DNA from: Escherichia coli O127:H6 str. E2348/69
Lineage (GTDB): Bacteria; Pseudomonadota; Gammaproteobacteria; Enterobacterales; Enterobacteriaceae
Length of the DNA: 64,000 bases
Reading direction: 5' to 3' (one strand)
Assembly (NCBI RefSeq): GCF_000026545.1
Contig: NC_011601.1
Shown in pieces: positions 1-11,540 of the stretch. Both the position numbers and the translations under genes were made by a program. The notes beneath the pieces were generated by a model. The model ran no database searches. It saw nothing but the letters and a program-made list of their open reading frames with translations, and was not told the DNA's origin. Every line of letters starts with the position of its first letter. Positions within the stretch are counted from its first letter, which is position 1.

Positions 1-559
1 TGATGTAAGAGAGACGGAAACTCCCCAGCGCGACAAAGCCTTGAGCAAAGGTAGAGAAACCACTGTCAAAACCGGAAATTGGCGACGCCCCGACAAAGTC
101 GTAATAGAGCGAGTTAATGCCGTAGACGATAATCATCGTACCGAGCGTGGTAATGAACGGCGTCACGTTGAGATAGGCGATAATCAGGCCGTTGATCAAA
201 CCGATCACCGCACCAATGGCACAGACAATCAGAATAACCAGCGCAATCGGCATCGTCGCCATTTCCGGGAAGACTTTGTTGGCGTTATCCATGGACTGCA
301 ATAACGTCGCTGCTACTACTGCCGCCAGCCCCACCTGGCGACCAGCAGAAAGGTCAGTCCCCTGGGTGACAATTAACCCTGCCACACCAAGCGCGATAAT
401 AATACGCACCGATGACTGGGTGAGAATATTACTTAAGTTCAACAGACTTAAAAATGTTGGGTCCTGGAAAATAATAATCGCCAGCAAAACTAAAAGAACG
501 ACGTAAATACCGCCCTCTTTCAGGTAAGTAAGAAAACTTTTCTTATTTAACGCACTCAT
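1..559 (-). CDS. mglC: MglC galactose/methyl-galactoside ABC transporter permease, N-terminal ~186 codons (3' part lies outside the window)
   Basis: Absent from the ORF track because it runs off the edge. Reverse-strand reading from ATG 559-557 gives MSALNKKSFLTYLKEGGIYVVLLVLLAIIIFQDPTFLSLLNLSNILTQSSVRIIIALGVAGLIVTQGTDLSAGRQVG..., open to position 1. Polytopic hydrophobic sequence recognised as MglC. Starts 15 nt after the mglA stop. Confidence 0.9.
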   Translation of the reverse strand, partial: MSALNKKSFLTYLKEGGIYVVLLVLLAIIIFQDPTFLSLLNLSNILTQSSVRIIIALGVAGLIVTQGTDLSAGRQVGLAAVVAATLLQSMDNANKVFPEMATMPIALVILIVCAIGAVIGLINGLIIAYLNVTPFITTLGTMIIVYGINSLYYDFVGASPISGFDSGFSTFAQGFVALGSFRLSYI

Positions 560-574
560 GGGAAGCCCCTAATC

Positions 575-2095
575 TTAAAGGTGCAAAGACGCAAGACGCA
601 GAATTTCGCTTTGCGTTGTTGTTTTTGTATCGACAATTCCGGAAACGAGACCATTGCTCATAACCAGAATACGGTCTGTTATCCCTAACAACTCTGGCAT
701 TTCGGAGGAGATAATAATAATCCCCTTGCCTTTCTTCGCCAGTTCGGCAATTAACTGATAAATCTCAAACTTAGCCCCAACATCAATACCGCGCGTCGGT
801 TCATCGAGCATTAATATTTCTGGTTGCGTTAACAGCCAGCGACCAATAATCACTTTTTGCTGATTACCACCGGAGAGCGAACCAATTTGCGTCCGATGCC
901 CCGGTGTTTTTACCCGCATCGAATCAATCACCCACTGGGTATCGCTTTTCATCCGCGAGTTATCCAGTAAACCAACTTTATTTTTATAGTTGCGGATATT
1001 GGAAATTAACGAGTTAAAGCCAATATCCAGATAGGCATAAATTCCCGTTGAGCGGCGCTCTTCAGTTACCAGTGCAAATCCGTGGTTTATGGCTTCGTTG
1101 GCATTATGGTTATTGATCTTTTTGCCGTGCAACGTAATGGTGCCAGCCGATTTCTCGCGAATACCAAATAACGTCTCAACAATATCGGTACGTTTCGCTC
1201 CCACCAGACCGGCTATACCGAGAATCTCCCCTTTATGCAGATCAAACGAGACATCGCGAATCGACGGCTGGCGCAGCGACGTCAGGTTACGCACTTCCAG
1301 AATCACTTCGCCCGGCTTGTTTTCTTTGTCAGGGAAACGCTGGTTAAGAGAACGCCCAACCATCATGGCGATGATCTTGTCCATCGTCAGCCCTGCCAGC
1401 GGTTCGGTAGCGATCCACTGACCGTCGCGCAATACGGTAACTTCATCACATAACTGGAAGATTTCTTCCATTTTATGCGAGATATAAACAATACCGCAGC
1501 CGCGCTCTTTTAATTTACGAATAATAGTGAACAGATGATTGACCTCTTTTTCGGTTAACGAAGAAGTCGGTTCATCCATAATCACAATTTTCGCGTTATA
1601 GGAAAACGCTTTGGCAATTTCGATCATCTGCATTTGCGAAACAGATAATGTACCGACGCGCGCACGCGGATCGATATCAATATCCAGTTCATCAAAAATC
1701 GCTTTGGTTTCGCGGTACATTTTGTCCTGATCGACAAACATGCCTTTGGTGGGATATCGCCCCAGCCACATGTTGTCCATCACCGAACGTTGTAATACCA
1801 GGTTTAACTCCTGGTGTACCATCGAAATACCATTTTCCAGTGCTTCTTTGGCGGAATGGAAATCGATCTCTTTACCCTGGAATAAAATGGTGCCGGAGTC
1901 TTTTTGATAAATACCAAACAGGCATTTTAATAATGTCGATTTTCCTGCACCGTTTTCCCCCATTAATGCATGGATAGAATGTGGTCGGACTTTTAAATTA
2001 ACGTTATCAAGTGCCTTAACACCAGGAAAAGACTTGTTGATACCGCTCATTTCCAACAAGTATTCCCCGGAAGACGGAGTCGTTGAGCTGACCAT
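575..2095 (-). CDS. mglA: MglA galactose/methyl-galactoside ABC transporter ATP-binding protein (duplicated ATPase)
   Basis: 506-aa ORF. Walker [10 protein letters not shown] with signature LSVSQMQ, then a second half with GLVGAKRT and LSGGNQQK. Sits between mglB and mglC. Confidence 0.96.
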   Translation of the reverse strand: MVSSTTPSSGEYLLEMSGINKSFPGVKALDNVNLKVRPHSIHALMGENGAGKSTLLKCLFGIYQKDSGTILFQGKEIDFHSAKEALENGISMVHQELNLVLQRSVMDNMWLGRYPTKGMFVDQDKMYRETKAIFDELDIDIDPRARVGTLSVSQMQMIEIAKAFSYNAKIVIMDEPTSSLTEKEVNHLFTIIRKLKERGCGIVYISHKMEEIFQLCDEVTVLRDGQWIATEPLAGLTMDKIIAMMVGRSLNQRFPDKENKPGEVILEVRNLTSLRQPSIRDVSFDLHKGEILGIAGLVGAKRTDIVETLFGIREKSAGTITLHGKKINNHNANEAINHGFALVTEERRSTGIYAYLDIGFNSLISNIRNYKNKVGLLDNSRMKSDTQWVIDSMRVKTPGHRTQIGSLSGGNQQKVIIGRWLLTQPEILMLDEPTRGIDVGAKFEIYQLIAELAKKGKGIIIISSEMPELLGITDRILVMSNGLVSGIVDTKTTTQSEILRLASLHL

Positions 2096-2124
2096 ATAAT
2101 TTTACCTTGTTGGCCATACAATAA

Positions 2125-2147
2125 GGGCGCAGTAAACGACTGCGCCC
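2125..2147 (-). promoter_or_regulatory. Intercistronic stem-loop in the mglB-mglA spacer (8-bp stem GGGCGCAG/CTGCGCCC, 7-nt loop)
   Basis: Perfect inverted repeat read directly in the 60-nt spacer. Hairpins in this position usually act as mRNA 3' stabilisers or partial terminators, giving more binding protein than ATPase. Confidence 0.5.
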
Positions 2148-2155
2148 AATCAGTC

Positions 2156-3154
2156 TTATTTCTTGCTGAATTCAGCCAGGTTGTCTTTATCTACGCCAAC
2201 ATAAGGTACGCGGACCACTTTGTTGTCGATTTTCCAGTTGGTGCCATCAGCCGCACCTTTGCCATCGGCCAGGTTTTTCGCCAGATCAAAGGTCGCTTTC
2301 GCCTGGTTGTTAGCATCGTTCAGTACGGTGCCCGCCAGTGCACCGGATTTCACCAGCGCCAGCGCTTCTGGCAGCGCATCGACGCCAAACACCGGAATGC
2401 TGGACTTGTTGTGTGCTTTCAGTGCTTCTACCGCGCCCATTGCCATCGCGTCGTTGTTGGCGATAACCACCTCGATTTTGTTGGCGTTCGGGCCAGACAG
2501 CCAGGCATCCATCTTATCTTTCGCCTGAGCGGTGTCCCACATAGCGGTATCTAACTGTAACTGTTCAGTTTTAATGCCTTTGTCGTTCAATTCTTTAATC
2601 ACGTAAGTGGTACGTGCTTCTGCATCCGGATGCCCCGGCTCACCTTTCAGCAGTACGAATTGAATCTGACCGTCTTTGTTCAGATCCCAACCCTGATTCG
2701 CCGCCCAGTGTTTAGCAATCAAATCGCCCTGAATAATGCCGGACTCTTTGGAGTCAGTGCCAACGTAGTAGGCTTTGTCGTAGCTATCCAGCGCCTTACG
2801 AGACGGTTCTTTGTTGAAGAAAACCACCGGCACGTTTTGCCCACGCGCTTTCTCAATCACCGTACCCGCAGCTGCCGGGTCAACCAGGTTGATTGCCAGT
2901 GCCTTCACCCCTTTCGCCAGCAATACGTCGATCTGATCGTTCTGCTTGGACTGGTCATTCTGAGAATCATTCATCAGCAGCTGAACATCTGGCGCGGCTT
3001 TCGCATCTTGCTCAATAGCCTTGCGCACTACAGACATAAAGTTATCGTCGTACTTATAGATTGTTACACCAATGCGAGTATCAGCAGCGTGTGCAGCGGC
3101 ACCGAATAACATGCTGGCCATCACAGCAGACAGGGTTAACACCTTCTTATTCAT
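2156..3154 (-). CDS. mglB: MglB periplasmic D-galactose/D-glucose-binding protein
   Basis: 332-aa ORF with signal peptide [23 protein letters not shown]. Type I periplasmic sugar-binding fold. First gene of mglBAC. Confidence 0.97.
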   Translation of the reverse strand: MNKKVLTLSAVMASMLFGAAAHAADTRIGVTIYKYDDNFMSVVRKAIEQDAKAAPDVQLLMNDSQNDQSKQNDQIDVLLAKGVKALAINLVDPAAAGTVIEKARGQNVPVVFFNKEPSRKALDSYDKAYYVGTDSKESGIIQGDLIAKHWAANQGWDLNKDGQIQFVLLKGEPGHPDAEARTTYVIKELNDKGIKTEQLQLDTAMWDTAQAKDKMDAWLSGPNANKIEVVIANNDAMAMGAVEALKAHNKSSIPVFGVDALPEALALVKSGALAGTVLNDANNQAKATFDLAKNLADGKGAADGTNWKIDNKVVRVPYVGVDKDNLAEFSKK

Positions 3155-3405
3155 GGTATCTCCGGTTTTTCTTATGCAGGGTAGTGCTTGAGATAAATGC
3201 TCGGCGGGGCAGTAGAGTTAATGAAGTGTTACTGAACGCCGAAGCTCACTTTTTAAAATTCGTTCTTCCATGCCCGGTAACGCTCCAGAAAACGGCTTTA
3301 ATTGTTGTTATGACGCTATTACCTCGGTGAAAGTGATTATTAACTGTTACATACTGGTTACAACGTTAAAACGGTGCAATCATAGCCATCACATTGTTAA
3401 GATAC

Positions 3406-3421
3406 TGTGAAATCACTCACA
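3406..3421 (-). promoter_or_regulatory. CRP site of the mglB promoter (TGTGA-N6-TCACA, perfect half-sites)
   Basis: Plus strand reads tgtgaaatcactcaca; the reverse strand reads TGTGAGTGATTTCACA. It lies upstream of mglB and directly adjacent to the gal-type operator. Confidence 0.85.
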
Positions 3422-3422
3422 G

Positions 3423-3439
3423 ATTGAAAGCGGTTACAT
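3423..3439 (-). promoter_or_regulatory. GalS/GalR operator of mglB (reverse strand ATGTAACCGCTTTCAAT)
   Basis: Matches the gal operator pattern TGKAANCGNTTMCA at all but one position. It abuts the CRP site and overlaps the galS stop codon (3434-3436). Confidence 0.8.
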
Positions 3440-4474
3440 CGCCTGATTTGTTGAGTTAGTGATCGCCGCCGCATTCTGGCGTGTTGCGACAGAATGGCGA
3501 CGCACTAACGTCGGCATAAAACAGTGGCTGGCACGAGGATCAATATTGTCTGCTGCCCCCTGCAAGGCCAGTTCGGTAGCTAATTTAGCCATTGAAGCAA
3601 TGGGATAACGCACCGTCGTTAATTGCGGGTCGGTGTAACGGGCGATGGGAATATCATCGAAACCAATGATTGAGAGATGTAACGGAATCGCAATGCCATT
3701 ATCTTTTAATGCTGTCAGTGCGCCAGCGGCCATATTGTCGTTATAAGCAAATACAGCGGTTAGTTGTAGGTTGCGCCCCAGCAGTTCAACCATCGCCGCC
3801 TCACCGCCCGGCATGTCCGGCGTGCCAGTGCCAATCCAGCTTTCCGGCGGAATAATATCCTGCTCTTTCAACGCACTCATCCAGCCTGCTTTACGCATGG
3901 CGTCATCTTCAATGCCGTGGCTGGAAGAAAGATAACCAATACGTTGATGACCGTTATTCAGCAACATGCGCGTCGCCATTCGGGCACCGCTGAGATTATC
4001 CAGGCAAACGCAACGATGGGCGTACCCCGGCACAACGCGGTTGATTAACACCATACCGGGAATGTTATCCATAAATTGTGCCAGTTCATCGTCACTCAAT
4101 GCTTTTGAGTGAACAATCAACGCATTACAACGCTGGCGAATTAACACCTCAATGGCGTGACGCTCTTTTTCCGCTTCATGATAGCTATTGCCGATTAGCA
4201 CGTATTTCTGATGCTGCTGGGCGACCAGATCCACCGCTTTTACCAGCGCGCCGAAAAACGTATCAGAAACGTCCATCACCACCACGCCAATGGTATCGCT
4301 AACCTGAGTTGCCAGCGCCTGGGCATTGGCGTTTGGCCGATAATCCAGCTCACTCACGGCTTTCATTACTGCTTCACGCGTATCGGCACTGACCAGCGTG
4401 CTGTTATTGAGCACCCGGGAAACCGTTGCCACAGAGACGCCAGCCTGACGCGCTACATCACGAATGGTGATCAT
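3434..4474 (-). CDS. galS: GalS, LacI/GalR-family isorepressor of the gal regulon / mgl
   Basis: N-terminal [27 protein letters not shown] followed by a periplasmic-binding-protein-like core. I place the start at ATG 4474; the track ORF begins two codons upstream at GTG 4480. Confidence 0.95.
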   Translation of the reverse strand: MITIRDVARQAGVSVATVSRVLNNSTLVSADTREAVMKAVSELDYRPNANAQALATQVSDTIGVVVMDVSDTFFGALVKAVDLVAQQHQKYVLIGNSYHEAEKERHAIEVLIRQRCNALIVHSKALSDDELAQFMDNIPGMVLINRVVPGYAHRCVCLDNLSGARMATRMLLNNGHQRIGYLSSSHGIEDDAMRKAGWMSALKEQDIIPPESWIGTGTPDMPGGEAAMVELLGRNLQLTAVFAYNDNMAAGALTALKDNGIAIPLHLSIIGFDDIPIARYTDPQLTTVRYPIASMAKLATELALQGAADNIDPRASHCFMPTLVRRHSVATRQNAAAITNSTNQAM

Positions 4475-4550
4475 ATTCACTACCTGTTATGAGATTGCAG
4501 TAAATGACTGCTCGCTGGCGGCTATTTTGTCAGCACTGAATACAGGACTT

Positions 4551-4566
4551 CGTGAATCGAGTCACA
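4551..4566 (-). promoter_or_regulatory. CRP-like site in the galS promoter (reverse strand TGTGACTCGATTCACG)
   Basis: TGTGA-N6-TCACg read directly, about 80-90 nt upstream of the galS ATG. Confidence 0.7.
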
Positions 4567-4568
4567 GC

Positions 4569-4586
4569 AATGGAAACGGTTACAGC
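4569..4586 (-). promoter_or_regulatory. GalS/GalR autoregulatory operator of galS (reverse strand core TGTAACCGTTTCCA)
   Basis: The core fits TGKAANCGNTTMCA at every position. It lies immediately upstream of the CRP-like site. Confidence 0.75.
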
Positions 4587-4615
4587 CGTTTTGTTAACGA
4601 ATGTGATCCAGATCG

Positions 4616-5773
4616 TTATCTTGATGTTTTAGATATTGTCGGTCCGGCAGCACGCAAAGTTAACTGACGCCAGAGCCATTCCACCGGCCCCTGGCGGAAG
4701 TAACGCAGCCAGATAACAGAGAAGAAGATATTCGCCAGCCATACCGGAATAACAAACGCCAGCAGCTCCAGACGGTCAAACTGCATAAACAAACCGAGGT
4801 GGTAAAAAAGCGTAGTACAAATCAGCGTTTGCAATAGATAGTTGGTCAGTGCCATCCGTCCGACACAGGCGATTGCCAGCACCAGCTTAAAGCGGCTTAA
4901 TTGCGGCCAGAAGCCATAAAACAGCGACGCATAGCCAATCGCCTGAAACGGCGCACTCAGTTCCCGCGGCATCTGAAGTAAGAAGGCGCACCAACGATAC
5001 GCCCAGTCCAGTCGCCATTGCAGGGCGATGACAGGAAGGTTAATGATCATCCCAATCGCCACCAGCACAAAACCAGTACGACGATAGTGACGTAAGCTGA
5101 ACTGCCCTTTCAGCCAGCCACTGCGCATCAATGCGGCACCAATGAGCATCATCCCAGCCAGTTGCCAGCCATACTGTGCGCCCAGTGCCAGTAAACTGTT
5201 GCCAACACCATCGGCACGATTACTGATCGCTTCAACACCACCGTGAAGTTTCCAGTGCTTTTCATACAAAATAGCCGATGCATCAGGTGTCCAGGCGCGG
5301 CTGGTCTGGCTATCGGAAATCAACCCCAATAACAGCAAAACGCCAAGCCCCACCAGATAAAGCATGACGCCGGTATTAAACAGGCTTTTTACCGATGGCG
5401 CATCGCGCACCAGCCGCCAGCAGATTAAGCCCACCAGCCCGTAAGCCAGCAGAATATCGCCGTCCCAGAACAATAAACCGTGAATAAAGCCCAGCAAGAC
5501 TAACAGCGTTAACCGCGACTGGATCCATCGTCTGCCACGGGGCAGCAACATTTGCAGGCCCGCACCAAACAACAGCGCAAAAAGCGTGAGGAATTTCACC
5601 TGGCCGATGAGATCGAGAAATGCCCAGGTCCATGCATCCTGTGGCGTAATAGCGCCGTACCAGGCGGGATTGAGATAAGCCGCCTTTGGTAGCCCAAAGG
5701 CGCTGATGTTTAATAGCAGGATCCCCAGAATGGCGACGCCGCGAACAAAATCGAGCGTGACGTTGCGCTCCAC
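4616..5773 (-). CDS. yeiB: YeiB, DUF418-family inner-membrane protein
   Basis: Polytopic hydrophobic ORF. The 428-aa track ORF starts inside folE. I place the start at GTG 5773 (VERNVTLDF...), 16 nt after the folE stop and preceded by AGGCAGGA, giving 385 aa as I recall for YeiB. Confidence 0.88.
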   Translation of the reverse strand: MERNVTLDFVRGVAILGILLLNISAFGLPKAAYLNPAWYGAITPQDAWTWAFLDLIGQVKFLTLFALLFGAGLQMLLPRGRRWIQSRLTLLVLLGFIHGLLFWDGDILLAYGLVGLICWRLVRDAPSVKSLFNTGVMLYLVGLGVLLLLGLISDSQTSRAWTPDASAILYEKHWKLHGGVEAISNRADGVGNSLLALGAQYGWQLAGMMLIGAALMRSGWLKGQFSLRHYRRTGFVLVAIGMIINLPVIALQWRLDWAYRWCAFLLQMPRELSAPFQAIGYASLFYGFWPQLSRFKLVLAIACVGRMALTNYLLQTLICTTLFYHLGLFMQFDRLELLAFVIPVWLANIFFSVIWLRYFRQGPVEWLWRQLTLRAAGPTISKTSR

Positions 5774-5789
5774 GGTTCCTGCCTTTTTA

Positions 5790-6458
5790 TCAGTTGTGAT
5801 GACGCACAGCGCGCAGAAACTCGTGGCGCGTATTCTGACTGGATTTGAACAATCCACCAAGAGAGGTCGTTGTCGTGGCACTGGTTGCATCGCGGATGCC
5901 ACGCGCCTTCACGCAGTAATGCACCGCGTCGATAGAGACAGCCACATTATTGGTGCCCAGCAGCGTTTGTAGCGCAATGAGAATTTGCTGCGTCAGACGT
6001 TCCTGTACCTGCGGACGCTGGGCAAAGAACTGCACAATACGGTTAATTTTTGACAGACCAATGACCGAATCTTTCGGGATATAGGCCACCGTCGCTTTGC
6101 CATCGATGGTAACAAAATGGTGTTCACAGGTGCTGGTCAGAGTGATATCGCGCACGGTGACCATTTCATCGACCTTCATTTTGTTTTCAATGAGGGTGAT
6201 TTTCGGGAAATTGGCGTAATCCAGACCGGAGAAAATTTCATCGACATACATTTTAGCGATGCGATGCGGCGTTTCCATCAAACTGTCATCAGCCAGGTCG
6301 AGATTCAGCAGCTGCATGATTTCGGTCATATGACCAGCAATAAGGCTTTTGCGCGTTTCGTTATCCATTTCATGCACGGGCGGGCGCAGCGGTGTTTCCA
6401 GTCCTCGCGCAACTAACGCTTCATGAACCAGGGCCGCTTCTTTACTGAGTGATGGCAT
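5790..6458 (-). CDS. folE: GTP cyclohydrolase I
   Basis: 222-aa [27 protein letters not shown]... with the catalytic ...TSTCEHHF... segment. Recognised as FolE. Confidence 0.97.
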
Positions 6459-6682
6459 TTATGATTTCTCCTGCAGGTGTGACGCCTCCGCCCTGCGTGG
6501 GGGCAAAGTTATTAAGCTGATTTACAGCCTGATTATTGTGCGTGAGGCGGCGCACATAATCCAGTATTCACAGCGATAATTATTGTAATTGCCGCTGCCT
6601 TTCATCAGCAGATGTTAAAACATCGTTATGCAAATACGGAAGTGAAAGTTACTCACAGCACATTGAATAAACGGTATGATGA

Positions 6683-7552
<870 letters not shown>

Positions 7553-7558
7553 AAGTCC

Positions 7559-7574
7559 GCCCGGTTCGCCGGGC
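7559..7574. terminator. Shared hairpin between convergent yeiG and cirA (GCCCGG-ttcg-CCGGGC)
   Basis: 6-bp GC stem with a TTCG loop, 7 nt after the yeiG stop and 10 nt before the cirA stop. There is no strong U-tract on either strand, so confidence is moderate. Confidence 0.45.
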
Positions 7575-7583
7575 ATCTTCTCA

Positions 7584-9575
7584 TCAGAAGCGATAATCCA
7601 CTGCCATAAAGTAACGACGTCCGTCTTCGTTATAGCTGTAGTCGTCACGACTGAGATCCTTGTCGCCAAGGTTCAGCACGCCTGCGCGCAGTTTGACGTC
7701 TTTAGTTACCTGCCAGGCCGCACCGGTATTCCAGATGGTATAACCGCCCGGAGTTTTAGCCGTCGCGCTGTCGGCGCGTTTCTGCCCGGTATAGTGACCA
7801 GAAACATAGAATGACCAGTCTTCCAGCGCCAGCGGTTTCCAGTCCAGCGTACCGTTAGCAGTATGGAACGGCAGATCGGATAGCGGTTTGTTTTCGCCGT
7901 TGCTGACATCACGACCATCGTTGTAGGTGTAGTTGATCGACAGTTTCCATTCATCGTTGAACGGAATTTTCAGTTCGGTTTCCACGCCCTGAATACGAGC
8001 TTTGTTAACGTTGTAGTAGCTAAATACCGGTATGCGCCGTCCGTTAGCGCCCGTCTCAAAACCGACAAAGTTTTGGTAGCCCGGTGCAGCGTTGACGTCA
8101 GACGTACGGCTGATGCTGATACGATCTTTCACATCGTTACGGAAAACGGTAACGCTGGATTCAACCCCTTCCAGCCAGCCTTCTTCACCCATGTAGTAAA
8201 GCCCCAGCTCCCAACTTTCGCTGGTTTCTGGTTTCAGATCCGGGCTACCCACAATCTTACATGCGCCACGGCAGGAATTGCTCGTCCAGTCAGGGCTAAG
8301 TTGCAACAGAGAAGGTGCTTTAAATGCCGTCGCCCAGCCCCCTTTCACCGTTACGGTGTCGGTGGCGTTATAAACCAGGTAGGCACGCGGACTCCAGTGT
8401 TCACCGTAGGTTTCGTGATCGTCCATACGCACGCCGGTCGTCAGCGCCAGCGGCTCGAAGATCCGCCATTCATCTTCCACAAACAGCGCGTACTGGCTGG
8501 CAGACGTTTTGGAGCTGGTTCCCCCGGTCAGGTTCACCGCATCGCTAAGTTTGTCGTGACGCCATTCACCGCCAACCGTGAGAAACTGATTAATCGCCGT
8601 CAGCGGCAACGTGTATTTGCCGTCGACCGTATTGCTTTCGGAAGTTATCGGGCTGCTGTTGCCAGGGTTTTTGTTCTCGATTTTCTCACCGTAGTATTTC
8701 AGTTCGCTGGTGCCGTAATCCCAACGCCCATTATGGCTGACGGAGTAGTTCTGGCGTTCCAGGCGGTTTTTGTCCAGCGAGTCGGAATCACGATCCTGAC
8801 GGTCGAAACCGTATCCGGCAGTAAAATCGTGATTTTGATTCGGTGTCCAGGCAAATTCGACATTGCCGTCGCGGCTGGAGAATCCTTCAATACGCGGCGT
8901 TTCTCCGGTATCGGTGGTTGTTGAGTTTTGCGGGTCATCCTTTTCACGTTTTGCCAGGCTGCCGTAAGCTTTCATTCCCAGCACGCCGTCAATTAATGGT
9001 CCGCTGGTAAAGAATTGACCGTTATAGGTATCACCGCGATCGCGATGTTCCTGAACGGTGGTATCGACGGTAACGGTGCCCGACCATTTCTGACCGATTT
9101 TTTTGGTGATGATATTCACTACACCGCCGAGCGCATCGGAACCGTACAGCGACGACATCGGGCCACGGACCACTTCAATACGTTCGATGGAATCGACAGG
9201 GATCCAGTTCAGATCGAAATCATTGTGGCGGAAGACGGCATTGCGGGAGTTAACGCGTTTACCGTCGACAAGAATCAGGGTGTAGCTGCTGTCCAGACCA
9301 CGAATACTTACGCCCTTACGGTTATCCCCTTCGTTCGTCAGTTGTACGCCAGGCACTTCTTTGAGGACATCCTCCAGATTCTGTACCGGTTTTCGCTGCA
9401 GGTCTTCCTGGGTAATGACGCTGATACTGGCGGGAGCATCTTTAAGGTTTTGTTCAACGGAAGATGCAGTGACAACCATCGTTTCGCCATCATCATCGAC
9501 CGCTAACACAGGCCATGCACAAGAAATAGCGGACAAACACAGCCCGACCCGTACGAAAGGGTTCAACCTAAACAT
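7584..9575 (-). CDS. cirA: CirA, TonB-dependent catecholate-siderophore / colicin I receptor
   Basis: Start placed at ATG 9575 ([25 protein letters not shown] signal peptide). TonB box ETMVVTA, plug plus 22-strand barrel, terminal ...AVDYRF. The extra 65 codons in the track ORF are the untranslated leader. Confidence 0.96.
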   Translation of the reverse strand: MFRLNPFVRVGLCLSAISCAWPVLAVDDDGETMVVTASSVEQNLKDAPASISVITQEDLQRKPVQNLEDVLKEVPGVQLTNEGDNRKGVSIRGLDSSYTLILVDGKRVNSRNAVFRHNDFDLNWIPVDSIERIEVVRGPMSSLYGSDALGGVVNIITKKIGQKWSGTVTVDTTVQEHRDRGDTYNGQFFTSGPLIDGVLGMKAYGSLAKREKDDPQNSTTTDTGETPRIEGFSSRDGNVEFAWTPNQNHDFTAGYGFDRQDRDSDSLDKNRLERQNYSVSHNGRWDYGTSELKYYGEKIENKNPGNSSPITSESNTVDGKYTLPLTAINQFLTVGGEWRHDKLSDAVNLTGGTSSKTSASQYALFVEDEWRIFEPLALTTGVRMDDHETYGEHWSPRAYLVYNATDTVTVKGGWATAFKAPSLLQLSPDWTSNSCRGACKIVGSPDLKPETSESWELGLYYMGEEGWLEGVESSVTVFRNDVKDRISISRTSDVNAAPGYQNFVGFETGANGRRIPVFSYYNVNKARIQGVETELKIPFNDEWKLSINYTYNDGRDVSNGENKPLSDLPFHTANGTLDWKPLALEDWSFYVSGHYTGQKRADSATAKTPGGYTIWNTGAAWQVTKDVKLRAGVLNLGDKDLSRDDYSYNEDGRRYFMAVDYRF

Positions 9576-9743
9576 TCCATATCTCCATGAGGTAACTACG
9601 AAAATAAAATGGGTATCGCTCACATCTTCTTTACGTCCCCTTGCGTACGGCAGCATCGCGGTGGACTTATTTGTATGCAGGTGATCATCCCAGAAAGCCG
9701 GAACAGCCTCTGATTTGTCAGCCTTTTTTGATTGCGGCGTAAC

Positions 9744-9768
9744 GATAATGCAAACGATAACAATTATC
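9744..9768 (-). promoter_or_regulatory. Fur box(es) in the cirA promoter
   Basis: Plus strand gataatgcaaacgataacaattatc, reverse GATAATTGTTATCGTTTGCATTATC. It is built of GATAAT/ATTATC hexamers like the Fur consensus GATAATGATAATCATTATC. It lies about 170-190 nt upstream of the cirA ATG. Confidence 0.85.
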
Positions 9769-9818
9769 AATCCAAATGTTAAATTTTATATCAGCATGAT
9801 TTGTCAGGGAAATGGAAT

Positions 9819-9847
9819 TGAAAAAGCCCTCTCGGTTGAGAGGGCTT
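9819..9847 (-). terminator. Rho-independent terminator of lysP
   Basis: 10-bp stem AAGCCCTCTC/GAGAGGGCTT with loop ggtt, followed on the minus strand by TTTTT. It starts 20 nt after the lysP stop. Confidence 0.9.
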
Positions 9848-9866
9848 AGCAAGGAAGCGAGGAAAC

Positions 9867-11336
9867 TTATTTCTTATCGTTCTGCGGGAACTTCATTTCG
9901 CTGTAGCGTACGAAGTGAGTTCCTTTAATCAGCTTGTAGCCGAACCAAATAATCAGGAACAGCGGGATACCAATATACGTTGCCGCTACGCCGCCCCAGT
10001 CAATGGTATCTTTCAGGAACGCTTCGTAGTTCTGGCCCAAAGTGATAATCAGACACAGAATGAATGCGAAGATCGGCCCCAGTGGGAAGAAACCTGAACG
10101 GTACGGCAGATCGTTAATGTCGTGTCCCTGCAATACGTAACCGCGACGGAAGCGATAGTGGCTAATGGCAATCCCCAGCCAGGCGATAAAACCCGTCATC
10201 CCGGAGGTGTTCAGCAGCCACAGGTATACCGTCTGGTTGCCAAACATGGAGGTCAGGAAGCACAAACCGGCAATCACCGTCGTCGCATACAGCGCATTAC
10301 GCGGCACGCCACCACGCGACAGTTTAGCGAAAATGCGCGGCGCTTTACCGTCACACGCCAGGGTATACAGCATACGAGTAGACGCATACATACCGGAGTT
10401 ACCTGCTGACAGCACTGCCGTCAGAATAACTGCGTTCATCACCGCCGCCGCAGAGAGCAGACCCGCGTGCTGGAACACCAGGGTGAACGGACTGACGCTG
10501 ATGTCTTTAACATCGTTACGCAGCAGGCTCGGATCGGTATACGGAATAATCAGGCTGATAATCAGGATCGCGAACACATAGAACAACAGGATTCGCCAGA
10601 ATACCTGACGTACCGCGCGTGGAATGTTTTTCGCCGGATCTTCGGACTCGCCTGCAGCAATACCGATCAGCTCGGTTCCCTGGAAAGAGAAGCCGACAAT
10701 CATAGCTACGCCGATCATCGCCGCAAAACCACCAGCAAACGGCGCTTCGCCGATTGTCCAGTTGCTCCAGCCTGCAGGCTGCGCGCCTTTGAAGATACCG
10801 ATAATCATCAGCACGCCAACGATGATAAAGACAATAACTGTCGTGACTTTGATCAGTGAGAACCAGTATTCCGCTTCACCAAAGCCGCGAACAGAGATGT
10901 AGTTCAACAGGAAGATAACGCCGAGGAACAACGCACTCCAGATCCAGCCCGGTGTATCCGGGAACCACCAGCTCATGACCAGCTGTGCTGCAACCAGGTC
11001 AACGGCAATAGTCACCGCCCAGTTGTACCAGTAGTTCCAGCCCAGCGCGAAGCCAAAGCCTTCTTCAACATAGTTCTGACCGTAAGTGGCAAACGAACCG
11101 GAAACCGGCATATATGCAGCCAGTTCACCGAGACTGGTCATCAGGAAGTAAACCATCAGGCCAATCAGCATATACGAGAGCAATGCCCCGCCCGGACCTG
11201 CCTGAGAAATCGTTGCGCCAGAGGCAACAAAAAGACCTGTACCGATGGAACCGCCAATGGCAATCATCGTCAGGTGACGCGCCTTCAATTCACGGCGTAA
11301 GCCCGGCGCTTCTGTAGTTTTAGTTTCGGAACCCAT
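9867..11336 (-). CDS. lysP: Lysine-specific permease (APC family)
   Basis: 489-aa 12-TM amino-acid permease ORF (…HLTMIAIGGSIGTGLFVASG…). Recognised as LysP. Confidence 0.97.
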   Translation of the reverse strand: MGSETKTTEAPGLRRELKARHLTMIAIGGSIGTGLFVASGATISQAGPGGALLSYMLIGLMVYFLMTSLGELAAYMPVSGSFATYGQNYVEEGFGFALGWNYWYNWAVTIAVDLVAAQLVMSWWFPDTPGWIWSALFLGVIFLLNYISVRGFGEAEYWFSLIKVTTVIVFIIVGVLMIIGIFKGAQPAGWSNWTIGEAPFAGGFAAMIGVAMIVGFSFQGTELIGIAAGESEDPAKNIPRAVRQVFWRILLFYVFAILIISLIIPYTDPSLLRNDVKDISVSPFTLVFQHAGLLSAAAVMNAVILTAVLSAGNSGMYASTRMLYTLACDGKAPRIFAKLSRGGVPRNALYATTVIAGLCFLTSMFGNQTVYLWLLNTSGMTGFIAWLGIAISHYRFRRGYVLQGHDINDLPYRSGFFPLGPIFAFILCLIITLGQNYEAFLKDTIDWGGVAATYIGIPLFLIIWFGYKLIKGTHFVRYSEMKFPQNDKK

Positions 11337-11540
11337 ACAAAAATGCTATCCATCTTAAAAATGAGGCGCGATTGTAGCAGACGATTGGCAATCCTTCCGG
11401 CAGAAATACACGGTTATAAGACACCTTCATGATCGCCCAGGGATTATAAGTAAAGCAGCCAATCTCTTTTCTGGCGAATGCATGCTGAGGGCGCTGCGTC
11501 ACGAAATCGACACAGCACCAGCATGTTCTTGTACAGCACC

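Noticed and set aside
8073-8924. Long antisense ORFs inside recognised genes. These are 8073-8924 (+) in cirA, 23507-24217 (+) in fruA, 53233-53982 (+) in ccmF, 27968-28600 (-) opposite yeiP, 12761-13363 (-) in yeiH, 45286-45717 (-) opposite rplY and 58108-58650 (+) in napB/napH.
   Set aside because: They are fully nested antisense to well-supported genes. They have Arg/Cys/His/Pro-rich low-complexity translations typical of shadow frames in GC-rich coding DNA, no SD or promoter context, and no recognisable family.
7584-9770. 728-aa version of the cirA ORF (65 extra N-terminal codons).
   Set aside because: The signal peptide starts at M66 (ATG 9575). The extension contains the Fur box and promoter (9744-9768) and has no SD. 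The open frame across the leader is coincidental.
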